Source of the DNA: Candidatus Sericytochromatia bacterium
Lineage (GTDB): Bacteria; Cyanobacteriota; Sericytochromatia; S15B-MN24; JAQBPE01
Assembly (NCBI GenBank): GCA_040400605.1
Contig: JBBAPZ010000016.1
Coordinates: forward strand, 25,677 to 89,676
DNA: 64,000 nt
Direction: 5' to 3'
Positions within the stretch are counted from its first letter, which is position 1; each line of letters starts with the position of its first letter. Made by a program: the position numbers and the translations under genes. The notes beneath the pieces were generated by a model. It was given only the letters and a program-made list of their open reading frames with translations. It did no database searches and was not told where the DNA came from. Positions 39,932-48,783 of this stretch are shown one piece after another.

Positions 39932-39963
39932 GCCCCCTGCGCTTTGCAGGGGGCTTTCATTGT
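39932..39963 (+). terminator. Intrinsic terminator
   Basis: GCCCCCTGC / GCAGGGGGC stem followed by TTTCATT. Confidence 0.7.
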
Positions 39964-40542
39964 TCAACGGAGTGGCTGATTGCTTGAGACGAGTGTTAAG
40001 GCCTGGCCATCCCAGTCTTTGAGGGTTGAGACGCTGAGTGGTTCGATATCGATAAGCGTACAGTTTTGCGTGGGTAAACCCAGTGCGTGGGCGATCAAAC
40101 ATCGGATGGGGCCTGCGTGGCAGACAAAGATGAGGTCTTGGTTTGTTGAGGCACGCCAGTGTTTGAGCGCACGCACACAGCGGGATCGCACATCACCAAG
40201 CGATTCGCCGCCTGGGGGGCGCATCAGGTGATAGGCATCCAGATAGGCTTGGGCGTTCGCATCACTTTTCAGTAATTCATTCCAGGTGAGTCCTTCCCAG
40301 TCACCGTAAGCCTGTTCGAGGAGACGGGGATCGTGTTGGGGGGCGATCGCCCCGAGATAGGCAGCGGTCTGTTTTGCCCGTTGTGCCGGTGAGATGATCC
40401 AGACCGCGTTGGATTGCCAAGGAAAATCTTGTTGCAAAGGTCGGTCCGGGATTATCGCCGGCAGGTCCATTTGTCCAACAATGAGACTCAACCCGGTGGT
40501 CTCAATCGGGGCATGTCGGATGAGATAAATCAAGCGAGGCAT
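39964..40542 (-). CDS. cobC: Histidine phosphatase, probable alpha-ribazole phosphatase
   Basis: LIRHA, SPAQRAKQTA, LLEQAYGDWEG, PGGES, VCHAGPIR; directly downstream of cobS. Confidence 0.8.
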   Translation of the reverse strand: MPRLIYLIRHAPIETTGLSLIVGQMDLPAIIPDRPLQQDFPWQSNAVWIISPAQRAKQTAAYLGAIAPQHDPRLLEQAYGDWEGLTWNELLKSDANAQAYLDAYHLMRPPGGESLGDVRSRCVRALKHWRASTNQDLIFVCHAGPIRCLIAHALGLPTQNCTLIDIEPLSVSTLKDWDGQALTLVSSNQPLR

Positions 40543-40545
40543 CGC

Positions 40546-41340
40546 CTACACCACGGCCACGAGCATCAACAAGGCACCCAATTCTCCAATTTGCTGCGTG
40601 CTGCCCAAGACGTCACCGGTGATACCACCCACATGCCGCGAGGCCAAATGCCAAACGGCGAGCGTGGCGGCTGCGCAGGCGCCCATGACTACCAAAGCCG
40701 ACAGAGGCGGCAAGCAAAGGAAAGCGATGGCGATGGTTAACACAGTTGCGACCATCGGCTCGGTAACGGTCAAATTTTGCGTGCCCGCACCCAAACCTTC
40801 CGTGCGCGCACGAGGTGCGCGATACAACAACCAGACCATTGGCCAACGGCTCACGGCGTGGATGGCACAAAGCGCCGCCACGATGACGCCTGAATCCAGT
40901 ATCGCGAGGCATTGGATTCGAATCAGCAAGGCTGAAAATAGCGCGAAGCTGCCGTAAGTGCCCAACCGTGAATCACGCATGATTTCAAGTTTGCGCTCGG
41001 GGGTCATGCCGCCTCCGAACGCATCAGCGACATCGCCTAGGGCATCTTCATGGAATGCGCCGGTGATAATGGCGCTTGCCACGGCTGTCAGTGTGGCCGC
41101 GAGCAAGGGGGGGAAAAATTGGCGTGTCAAAAGGTAAATCAAGCCCAGGCACGCGCCGACCAACAAACCCACGATGGGATAGTAACGACTGGCGCGGGCA
41201 ATATCCGTGGAACTGATGTGTCCTTGAACGATGATGGACACGCGCGTGAGAAAAATCAGGGCGACTTGGATCAAACGCCACTGTGTCCTCACACGTGCGG
41301 GTTTGGAAGGCTCAAGATCCTCCCGTTGAACGGCGGTCAT
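40546..41340 (-). CDS. cobS: Adenosylcobinamide-GDP ribazoletransferase (cobalamin synthase)
   Basis: FLTR, TGAFHEDALGDVADAFGG, IMRDSRLGTYG, GGITGDVLG. Confidence 0.95.
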   Translation of the reverse strand: MTAVQREDLEPSKPARVRTQWRLIQVALIFLTRVSIIVQGHISSTDIARASRYYPIVGLLVGACLGLIYLLTRQFFPPLLAATLTAVASAIITGAFHEDALGDVADAFGGGMTPERKLEIMRDSRLGTYGSFALFSALLIRIQCLAILDSGVIVAALCAIHAVSRWPMVWLLYRAPRARTEGLGAGTQNLTVTEPMVATVLTIAIAFLCLPPLSALVVMGACAAATLAVWHLASRHVGGITGDVLGSTQQIGELGALLMLVAVV

Positions 41341-43103
41341 TGGCGGCCTTTCAAGGAAAGGGGTTCCGACACATTGGCTTCCTCGTAAGTTGAGACTTCG
41401 CGCGCCAAGCGACAGGCATTCTGCACCAGCGGCAGGGCCAGTGCCGCCGCACTGCCCTCGCCGAGTCGCAAGCCAAGATCAAGCAACGGTTCCAACTCAA
41501 GCGCGCGCAAGACGCTGGCGTGTGCAGGTTCTGGGGAACAGCTTCCTGCAATCAGATGGTGTTTGACCAACGGGTTGATCCGCGCGGCGACGAGCGCAGC
41601 CACACCTGTGATAAAACCATCGAGCAAGACCGGGCAATTGGCTTCCGACGCTGCGAGAATGGCACCCACCATGCCCGCGATTTCGTAACCCCCAACGCAT
41701 TGCAACACGCGCTTGGGACAGGTTGTGGGGGACAAACAATGCAAGGCGATCGCGCCCTGGATCAACACCTTTTTCCGACTCAACGTGTCATCCCCAATAC
41801 CTGTGCCGCGCCCAACGAGTTCCTCGAGCGGTTGGGCTAACAAGGCGGCGCAGATGGCGGCTGCAGCCGTGCTGTTGCCGATGCCCATTTCACCCAAAAC
41901 CAGGACGTCGCAATCACGCAGTTGGGCAAATACTTGCCTGCCTGCAAGAAGCGCATCTTGGCATTCAACTGGCGTCATGGCCTCTTCTGCACTGAAATCG
42001 CGGGTCCCTGCACGGATTTTGGCACGAATCAGCGCGCGCGCCTCACCAAAGTGGTGGTCGACACCAAGGTCCGCGACGACCAAACCGGCCCCCGCCTGTC
42101 TGGCAAAGGCATTCACGACGCTACCGTCCGACAGGAACCGATACACCATCAACGTGGTGGCTGACGGTGCGTAGGCACTCAGCGCATGGTTCCTGGCAAT
42201 GCCATGGTCACCGGCAAAGACCGCAATCCAAGGCGCCTGGCAGGTGGGGCGCGCACGTTTCTGGATGCGGGCCAACTGTTTGGTCAGTGCCTCGATACGA
42301 CCCAAAGCGCCTTTTGGAACTGGCATGCGTTCGAACCGGCCAATCAGGGATTCATCCGGTGACAGTTCCGATACATCATCGCCTGGATACGGATCCGGCT
42401 GACGAACCGGGGATTGAACCTCGCTACCTCTGTATGGCGAACCTGGTGTCGTGTAGGGATTGGCCCAGCGATCGGTATAAACGAGCCCGGTGAGCGGCAG
42501 ACGCTCGCGCCAACCCACGCGTCCGAGCAGCGGGGCATCGGGTAATTCCACGGGAAAGCCCAAACATAGGTACGCAACGGGCACAACAGCTGGCGGTAGC
42601 CCAAAAATGTCTCGAATGGCGCTTTCTTCCATCAGGCTCATCCACCCCACCCCTAGCCCCTCGGCTCGCGCGGCAAGCCATAAATTCTGGATGGCGAGGC
42701 ACGTGCTGTACAAATCCGTGTCGCGAGTGGTGGCTCGTCCCAGCACGTGGGGGCCGCCCCGTTCGCGATCGCACGTGACCAGCAAACCCAACGGAGCATC
42801 CAGAATTCCTTGCAACTTCAGCGTTCGATACGCTCGCGCCCGTTCTTCATCATAAACATCCGCTGCTTGGGTGTTTACCGCCAAAAAGTGTTCATAGACC
42901 AAGCGCTTTTTATCAGGATGCCTCACCACGATAAAATTCCAAGGCTGCATGAATCCGACGGATGGGGCCTGATGTGCCGCTTCCAAAATTCGCCAGAGCA
43001 AATCCTCTGGCACGTCATCGGGCAAAAATGACCGCACATCCCGGCGGTCGCTGATCACCTGGTAAACAGCTTCACGTGACGCGTCATCAAACCGATAATC
43101 CAA
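41337..43103 (-). CDS. bluB-cobT: Fused 5,6-dimethylbenzimidazole synthase / nicotinate-nucleotide-DMB phosphoribosyltransferase
   Basis: BluB part: RRDVRSF, APSVGFMQPWNF, LKLQGI, QNLWLAARAEGLGVGW; CobT part: FAGDHG, GEMGIGNST, GRGTG, GGYEI, LDGFI, LRLGEGS. Confidence 0.92.
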   Translation of the reverse strand: MDYRFDDASREAVYQVISDRRDVRSFLPDDVPEDLLWRILEAAHQAPSVGFMQPWNFIVVRHPDKKRLVYEHFLAVNTQAADVYDEERARAYRTLKLQGILDAPLGLLVTCDRERGGPHVLGRATTRDTDLYSTCLAIQNLWLAARAEGLGVGWMSLMEESAIRDIFGLPPAVVPVAYLCLGFPVELPDAPLLGRVGWRERLPLTGLVYTDRWANPYTTPGSPYRGSEVQSPVRQPDPYPGDDVSELSPDESLIGRFERMPVPKGALGRIEALTKQLARIQKRARPTCQAPWIAVFAGDHGIARNHALSAYAPSATTLMVYRFLSDGSVVNAFARQAGAGLVVADLGVDHHFGEARALIRAKIRAGTRDFSAEEAMTPVECQDALLAGRQVFAQLRDCDVLVLGEMGIGNSTAAAAICAALLAQPLEELVGRGTGIGDDTLSRKKVLIQGAIALHCLSPTTCPKRVLQCVGGYEIAGMVGAILAASEANCPVLLDGFITGVAALVAARINPLVKHHLIAGSCSPEPAHASVLRALELEPLLDLGLRLGEGSAAALALPLVQNACRLAREVSTYEEANVSEPLSLKGRQ

Positions 43104-43245
43104 CGATGCTGCTCCTTTGATGGCGTCATCGCCACCCCTTCGTCAGTGTACCGCATGCCAACGCGAACGGTCACAAACCCGTTCGAACAAGCGCAGCGCA
43201 CGGGTGGCATGTCGTTATGTCACAGCATACAGTCAAGACAATGTT

Positions 43246-44004
43246 TTAGAAGGTTGGCAAGCGATCGCCAAAGCGATTGATCCAACGACGAACACTGTTA
43301 CCATCATCATAAACCGCCTGATAAGTTTTCTTGATGACTTTCAGGCCACCCACCGCAAGACCGCTGCCTAACACCGCTGCCGTGCTCGCCGCCGGATTGT
43401 GGCTGACCACGAGGCCGACCGCGAAACCCGTCGCTACCTTGCTGATGGGATTACCGGTCGCGATGCGGGCTGCTGCATCAAGGGGACGTGCCACAAGTCG
43501 ATCCGCCAACGCCACAGGTTGATGCACAGCCACGGCCATGCGGTGAAGATCACGGCCCAACGCCCGCCCAACGTCACCGTTGGCCGCCTCATTGAGCGAT
43601 TCGCGCATCTTGATGACCGCATCATTGTGCCGTCCAATCGCGCGTCTGTAAGGTCTGGCGATCGCTTCCTGCACAGGCTTCAGATGCCGCAGCGCCTCGG
43701 CGTGACGTTCCCAGCCACGCGTCACGACAGGATTGGGCGGACTTTTGATCGGCCATGCAGTCGCAGGCGGCAGCAGCCCATATGGTTTGAATACCGACTT
43801 CGCAGCCGATGCCGATTCGCTTCCATGAGCCACGGCCCCTGAAGCCGTCACCGCCGTTGAAGGCAAGTATACATCCGCTTTAAGCGTCTGCGACCGACCA
43901 CGTCCCGCTAAACGCTGCAAGGACTGGCCCATCTCTGAGAAAAATTGTCCGGGATTGACGACGCGCGGGTTAAACCAACGACCTGGCTGTATGTTGAGCT
44001 TCAT
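43246..44004 (-). CDS. Hypothetical protein with C-terminal hydrophobic hairpin
   Basis: 252-aa ORF with SD GGGAG; no family recognised. Confidence 0.65.
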   Translation of the reverse strand: MKLNIQPGRWFNPRVVNPGQFFSEMGQSLQRLAGRGRSQTLKADVYLPSTAVTASGAVAHGSESASAAKSVFKPYGLLPPATAWPIKSPPNPVVTRGWERHAEALRHLKPVQEAIARPYRRAIGRHNDAVIKMRESLNEAANGDVGRALGRDLHRMAVAVHQPVALADRLVARPLDAAARIATGNPISKVATGFAVGLVVSHNPAASTAAVLGSGLAVGGLKVIKKTYQAVYDDGNSVRRWINRFGDRLPTF

Positions 44005-44336
44005 GAACAGGCTCCCAACGATAAAACCTCACGGTAGCAGTTGTCCTGACACCGAGTTCCAAACGGGTTACAAAAGTGTCCATCTCTTGTTAATATGCGT
44101 TTAAAAATCGGTCATCAGTTGAGAGCGGCACGCACAAGCGCCTGCTGTTTCAAAAAAAACGACCGTTTGCCTGATTGCGCGCAGGCGTCACGTGATTCTT
44201 GTGGCGTCCGACACAGGTGGCGTCGCAACGACCCCCTGTTGTCATCTCATCGCGCTGCGTTCGCGTCACGCCGGCAGGAAGTGACGTATCTCAAGGATTA
44301 CAAAGGACACACAATCCAAAAACGTCTTCGCGTGTT

Positions 44337-44381
44337 TACTTTTAATTAAGTCTGTATTAAAATTAGACTAAGCAGTTTAAG
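44337..44381 (+). promoter_or_regulatory. AT-rich putative regulator site upstream of the GH15 operon
   Basis: TAA at 44347, 44358, 44369, 44378; also an inverted repeat AGTCT (44349-44353) / AGACT (44365-44369). Confidence 0.45.
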
Positions 44382-44413
44382 GCAATGATTGTTTTGTTGA
44401 GGAATCGGGGGCT

Positions 44414-46471
44414 GTGTTGCGCTACCGCTGTGCTTTGAATATGGTCTTAGCCGGGGTTGTTAGCGTGATGGGTGCGTGTGCACGCACCCCGACGGTGGTC
44501 ACGCCACAAGGTGTGGATGAGTACCGGGCCAAACTGGATAACTCCGGACCGGGATCCTTGATGTTCGGTCAATGTCCAAATTTTTCACAGGTTGGCAACG
44601 GCCGCTTTTTAGCCGCAATCTCCCGAGACTGGGGTCGTTTCGCACGGGCGGGTGCAATCATCTCCTGGAACTGGCCGCACTATTCCAAAAACCGTTTGCG
44701 GGTGTCGACGGTGGGAATCCGGGTGGGAAATCGTTTTCGTTGGTTGGACGAGTTGGACTTGGTGGGACAGGAAGTCGTGGCAGACACTGGGCGGGTGGTA
44801 TCGCGGTTTCGTGAGAAAGAGGGCCGATTCGAGGTTATCGTCGAAGATGTGGCGCACCAGGATTTGGATGTCCTATCACGACGGGTGCGGGTGCGCAACG
44901 TATCGTCCGCGGCGTTGATTGGCGTAGAGGTGGTGGCCTATGCCAATTACGCGATGACCCTGACAGGTCAGGGCGATCGCATCAATTGGCAATCCCAGGA
45001 TCAAGCGCTTGTGCATGCCAATGCGAGCGAAAACTGCGCGGCGGCTTTCGGCGCGGATCGCACGCCGGATCGCTTCCAATGCGGGGTCACGGGCCTCGCC
45101 ATCGGCGCATCTCGCAGCGCAGCCAACGACGCGGAATCTGGGTTCTTTCATCAAAACACAGGTGCCGGCGGATTGGCAGGGGCCAATGGCGCGCTGGGCG
45201 TCACGCTGAATCGCATTGAGCGTGGTGCAACCGATGCGCTGACGATTCACCACAGCATGGGGCGATCGCCTGACGATGCCTTGGCGCTGCTCAAACGGGC
45301 GCGGGAAACCACTTTCGACAATGCGGCACAAGCCGATGGCACCTTTTACCGAAACTGGTTGGCCAAAGCGCAAAATCTGGGCCGCGATGGACAGGAACGC
45401 GAAACCGCGCGGCGCGCCTTGATCGTTTTAAAGCAATTGCAGGCGGATACAGGCGGCATGCTGGCTTCCGCCTCAACCATCAGCCCCGCTTACAAGTACG
45501 TATGGTTACAGGACCTTGCGGCGGATGTCCGCGCATTGAGCGCCTGCGGATACTTCACCGAGGCGCGTCAGGCCTTGGACTTCGTTGCGCGCACTCAGAA
45601 ACTGGATGGTGACTGGTGGGTCACCTACCGTGGTGACGGCAGTCCATTCAAGCTTTGGGATCACGGCTCGGAATGGATGGGCGGCCACTGGTTATCGGCT
45701 GTGGCGGATTACGTGGCGACCAGTGGCGATCGCGCGGCAGGTCGCGCCTGGTGGCCAGCCATCAAGACCGCCTGTGACTTTATGACCCAACAGATTCAAC
45801 CCCACGGCCTGCTTGGCATCAACATGGACCTGTGGGAAACCTTCAAGGATCATAGCTGGACTTATACCAACGGCAGCTTCGTTGGCGGATTGGAAAGTGC
45901 CGCGGAAGTGGCGGAACAAATTGGTGAGGCAAACACCGCGCGACTGTGGCGCGAATCAGCCAAGCGACTGCGCGAAGCCATCTTGCGCGACACCGTGGTG
46001 GAAGACGGCGGCTGGTTCGGCAAAGGGCGCAAACCCAATGCGAGTCGGGCCAATCCGGTGATTGACGCATCGGTGCTGGGGCTCGCGTGGCCCTTCAAGG
46101 TGGTTGAAGCCGAACACCCCGTGATGCAACGAACAGTCTTGCGCATTCGCGAGAAGCTTTTGCAATCAGGTGGCGGTGTACGACGTTGGGAGACCGATCG
46201 TTGGTATGGCGGAGAAGGCTGGTGTGAGTTGACCGACTGGCTCGCGCTTGTTGCCCTGCAAGCGGGCGATCAAGCACTCGCCCAACGACTGCACACCGCC
46301 AATACCGGCAAAGCGGCAACCACGGGCTCCAAACAGCTCGGAGAAGTGTTTGACGAACGTACCGGACGTTTTCCAAGTGCCTTCCCCCTCGGTTGGGCGG
46401 AAGCGCAATACATCATGACCACCTTGGCCCTCCAAGGCAAACTCCGTCCGGACGGACGCTTCAATCCCTGA
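44414..46471 (+). CDS. Glycoside hydrolase family 15-like (glucoamylase/glucodextranase-like) lipoprotein
   Basis: Lipobox MGAC; GGMLAS, YKYVWLQD, DLWE, IDASVL, GVRRWETDRWYG, LGEVFD...PLGWA. Confidence 0.85.
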   Translation: MLRYRCALNMVLAGVVSVMGACARTPTVVTPQGVDEYRAKLDNSGPGSLMFGQCPNFSQVGNGRFLAAISRDWGRFARAGAIISWNWPHYSKNRLRVSTVGIRVGNRFRWLDELDLVGQEVVADTGRVVSRFREKEGRFEVIVEDVAHQDLDVLSRRVRVRNVSSAALIGVEVVAYANYAMTLTGQGDRINWQSQDQALVHANASENCAAAFGADRTPDRFQCGVTGLAIGASRSAANDAESGFFHQNTGAGGLAGANGALGVTLNRIERGATDALTIHHSMGRSPDDALALLKRARETTFDNAAQADGTFYRNWLAKAQNLGRDGQERETARRALIVLKQLQADTGGMLASASTISPAYKYVWLQDLAADVRALSACGYFTEARQALDFVARTQKLDGDWWVTYRGDGSPFKLWDHGSEWMGGHWLSAVADYVATSGDRAAGRAWWPAIKTACDFMTQQIQPHGLLGINMDLWETFKDHSWTYTNGSFVGGLESAAEVAEQIGEANTARLWRESAKRLREAILRDTVVEDGGWFGKGRKPNASRANPVIDASVLGLAWPFKVVEAEHPVMQRTVLRIREKLLQSGGGVRRWETDRWYGGEGWCELTDWLALVALQAGDQALAQRLHTANTGKAATTGSKQLGEVFDERTGRFPSAFPLGWAEAQYIMTTLALQGKLRPDGRFNP

Positions 46472-46533
46472 CCCCATCCCCCCCCCATTGCGCGGAAACC
46501 CCCGCAACAACCCGATTCGAGAAGGACAATCGC

Positions 46534-47844
46534 GTGCCAATGTCAACCAACTGTCTCCGAAACTGGCTAACCCTGGCCGTGGCCAGTGCGGCGCTTGGCT
46601 GTGGCAAGCCCCTTGGCGTCACAAGCACAGCAGGACAAGGCATGGCCATTGCGGGCGCGGCACCTTATCAAGCGGACAAGCGCGCGGTCATTGCGCTCAA
46701 TCACCCCGCCTTCCTGCATCTGGAGGGCGAATCACGCGGAACGCCTGAACTCATCGTCAGCTCGTTTGGCGTATTCGGCGGCGACGCCGTGCGCCGTATC
46801 CGCAACCTGCCGGGGATCCTGAAGGGCGAAAAACCGGTCGTTGACGTCATTACTGACAAAGTGACGTGGCCCAACGAAGCCAAGCGCGTCCCCTTGTCGC
46901 TCAGCGGCCCCGACACCTGGTTGATTGCGGGCGGCTTTCTCGTTCCAGGCAAGACCGGTGCGTTAACGATGGTCCAAGCAGGCGGTGAGCCGCGGACACT
47001 GACGCAGTCGGATCCGGTCAGCGAACGCAAGGGCGGCTGGTTCTATCACCGCACATACTGGCGCGACATGGATGGTGACGGTCACCTTGACATCTTGACC
47101 GCCCGCGGCAAAAAAGCGATGACCGGGGGCAGTTTCGGCGAACTGCTCTGGTTGAAACGCCCCGTTCAAGAAGGCGCGCCCTGGCAAGAAACCATCATCG
47201 GCAAAGGCCCGGACGTCCATTTCCGTCTGACAGACCTTGACCAGGATGGCAAGGAAGAAATCCTCGCAAGCGAATTTTTCACTAAACGTTTTTCAGTCTG
47301 GTGGCGCGAAGGTGGTACGTGGAAATCGCGTGTCATCGATAACAAGTGTGGATCCGCCTTCGACCTCGAAGTGGCCGATCTTAACGGCGACGGCCGACGT
47401 GACGTGGTGCTGACTAACCACGAAAACAACGCCAACGCGTCCGTCTTCGCCTACGAAATTCCTGCTGATTGGCGCACGGGCCTGTGGCCCCGCCACACAC
47501 TCGTGAGTGGAATTGAAACCCGTCAAGGCGGCATGGGGCCCGCATCCCCCGGGGCACCGGTTGTGGTGCCGGGTGCCACCCGGGATGGCAAAGCCCTCAT
47601 TTTGGTCGCGGGTGACGGCTCCCAACGGGTCCACCTGCTCAGCCCAAGCAGTTCCGTCAAGACGGAATGGCGCTACCAATTCACGGATCTCGACGATCTC
47701 AAATGTACGGTTGGACAATTGGCGGCGGCTGATCTCGATGGTGATGGGCTAATCGAAGTCCTCGCACCGGCTTACGACCAACACCAGATTCACGTCTACA
47801 CCCTGCGTCAGGCTGCCAGACGGCAACCCGCCAAACGCTCATAA
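46534..47844 (+). CDS. FG-GAP/VCBS repeat lipoprotein (beta-propeller-like)
   Basis: Lipobox ALGC; DMDGDGHLD, DLDQDGKEE, DLNGDGRRD, DLDGDGLIE. Confidence 0.85.
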   Translation: MPMSTNCLRNWLTLAVASAALGCGKPLGVTSTAGQGMAIAGAAPYQADKRAVIALNHPAFLHLEGESRGTPELIVSSFGVFGGDAVRRIRNLPGILKGEKPVVDVITDKVTWPNEAKRVPLSLSGPDTWLIAGGFLVPGKTGALTMVQAGGEPRTLTQSDPVSERKGGWFYHRTYWRDMDGDGHLDILTARGKKAMTGGSFGELLWLKRPVQEGAPWQETIIGKGPDVHFRLTDLDQDGKEEILASEFFTKRFSVWWREGGTWKSRVIDNKCGSAFDLEVADLNGDGRRDVVLTNHENNANASVFAYEIPADWRTGLWPRHTLVSGIETRQGGMGPASPGAPVVVPGATRDGKALILVAGDGSQRVHLLSPSSSVKTEWRYQFTDLDDLKCTVGQLAAADLDGDGLIEVLAPAYDQHQIHVYTLRQAARRQPAKRS

Positions 47845-47855
47845 AGAGGCCCCCA

Positions 47856-48545
47856 ATGTCTGCCTTCAAACTGAAATCAACCCTGGCGGTTGCCGCGATG
47901 CTCATCAGCACGGGTGCGTGCGGGGTACAAGCCAATTCGCCGCAACAACGCGCACTCACAACACCTTCAGTTCAGTCGAAACCCAACACCCAAACCGTGA
48001 ATCGGTTGGCAAGCTTGATGGTCGGCGTCTACACCAGCCGCGAACAGGCGCTCAAAGACCCGGAGAATTATCGCGACGTCAGTCTGCACATGGTGCGTGT
48101 ATGGCCTGAGCGGGCCGATGGACCGTGGCTGTACATTGAACAAGCCTTAAGCACGATCGTCGATCGCCCCTACCGCCAGCGGATGTACCGCTTGGTGGCG
48201 CGGCCGAATGGCACCATTGCCTCTGAAGTCTACACACTACCGGAACAGCAGCGTTTCGTGGGCGCGTGGAAAGATATCGGCCGTTTCGCCGCGTTGAAGC
48301 CAGACAGCCTCATTCCGCGTTCGGGATGTGCCGTGGTACTGAAACCCGAATCCAACGGTTGGGCGGGAAGTACGGTTGGGCGCGAGTGCCCCAGCGACCT
48401 TTACGGCGCCAACTTTGCAACCAGCGAAGTCCGCGTGACCGGGGAGCGATTGGAGAGTTGGGATCGTGGGTATGACCAAAACGGCGAGCAGGTGTGGGGC
48501 GCAACCGAAGGCCCCTACGTCTTCTTGCGCGAACCCCAACCCTAA
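47856..48545 (+). CDS. CpcT/CpeT chromophore-lyase family protein, predicted lipoprotein
   Basis: SREQA, WLYIEQA...PYRQRMY, SWDRGYDQNGEQVWG, GPYVF; lipobox TGAC. Confidence 0.85.
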   Translation: MSAFKLKSTLAVAAMLISTGACGVQANSPQQRALTTPSVQSKPNTQTVNRLASLMVGVYTSREQALKDPENYRDVSLHMVRVWPERADGPWLYIEQALSTIVDRPYRQRMYRLVARPNGTIASEVYTLPEQQRFVGAWKDIGRFAALKPDSLIPRSGCAVVLKPESNGWAGSTVGRECPSDLYGANFATSEVRVTGERLESWDRGYDQNGEQVWGATEGPYVFLREPQP

Positions 48546-48718
48546 ATCGCCAAGCAGGTCAAGAAGCGGCAGTCCGCCCGGGCTGACACCCGGGTCCAAT
48601 CTCGCGCTTCGACCGTGGCGCACGAAGGATGCCATCCCCTCGACATTGGCCCTTGAAAGCCGGTACGATGCCGCTCACGCGGCTTGGTAAACTTTGGTTT
48701 GGTGCCGCAAGTTCTTTC

Positions 48719-48756
48719 GCCCGCCTGACTGTCAGGCGGGCAGGCTTTATTTTTTG
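48719..48756 (+). terminator. Terminator-like hairpin just upstream of the GH31 gene
   Basis: GCCCGCCTGA / TCAGGCGGGC stem followed by AGGCTTTATTTTTT. Confidence 0.65.
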
Positions 48757-48783
48757 TGACGGGCTGATTTTGGATAGTTTGAC

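Noticed and set aside
43104..43245. Cobalamin riboswitch upstream of bluB-cobT
   Set aside because: No recognisable B12-box or conserved core elements by eye; an Rfam scan would settle it
47856..48545. CpcT homolog as evidence of photosynthesis
   Set aside because: Has a lipoprotein signal, lacks phycobiliprotein neighbours, and the family also occurs in heterotrophs
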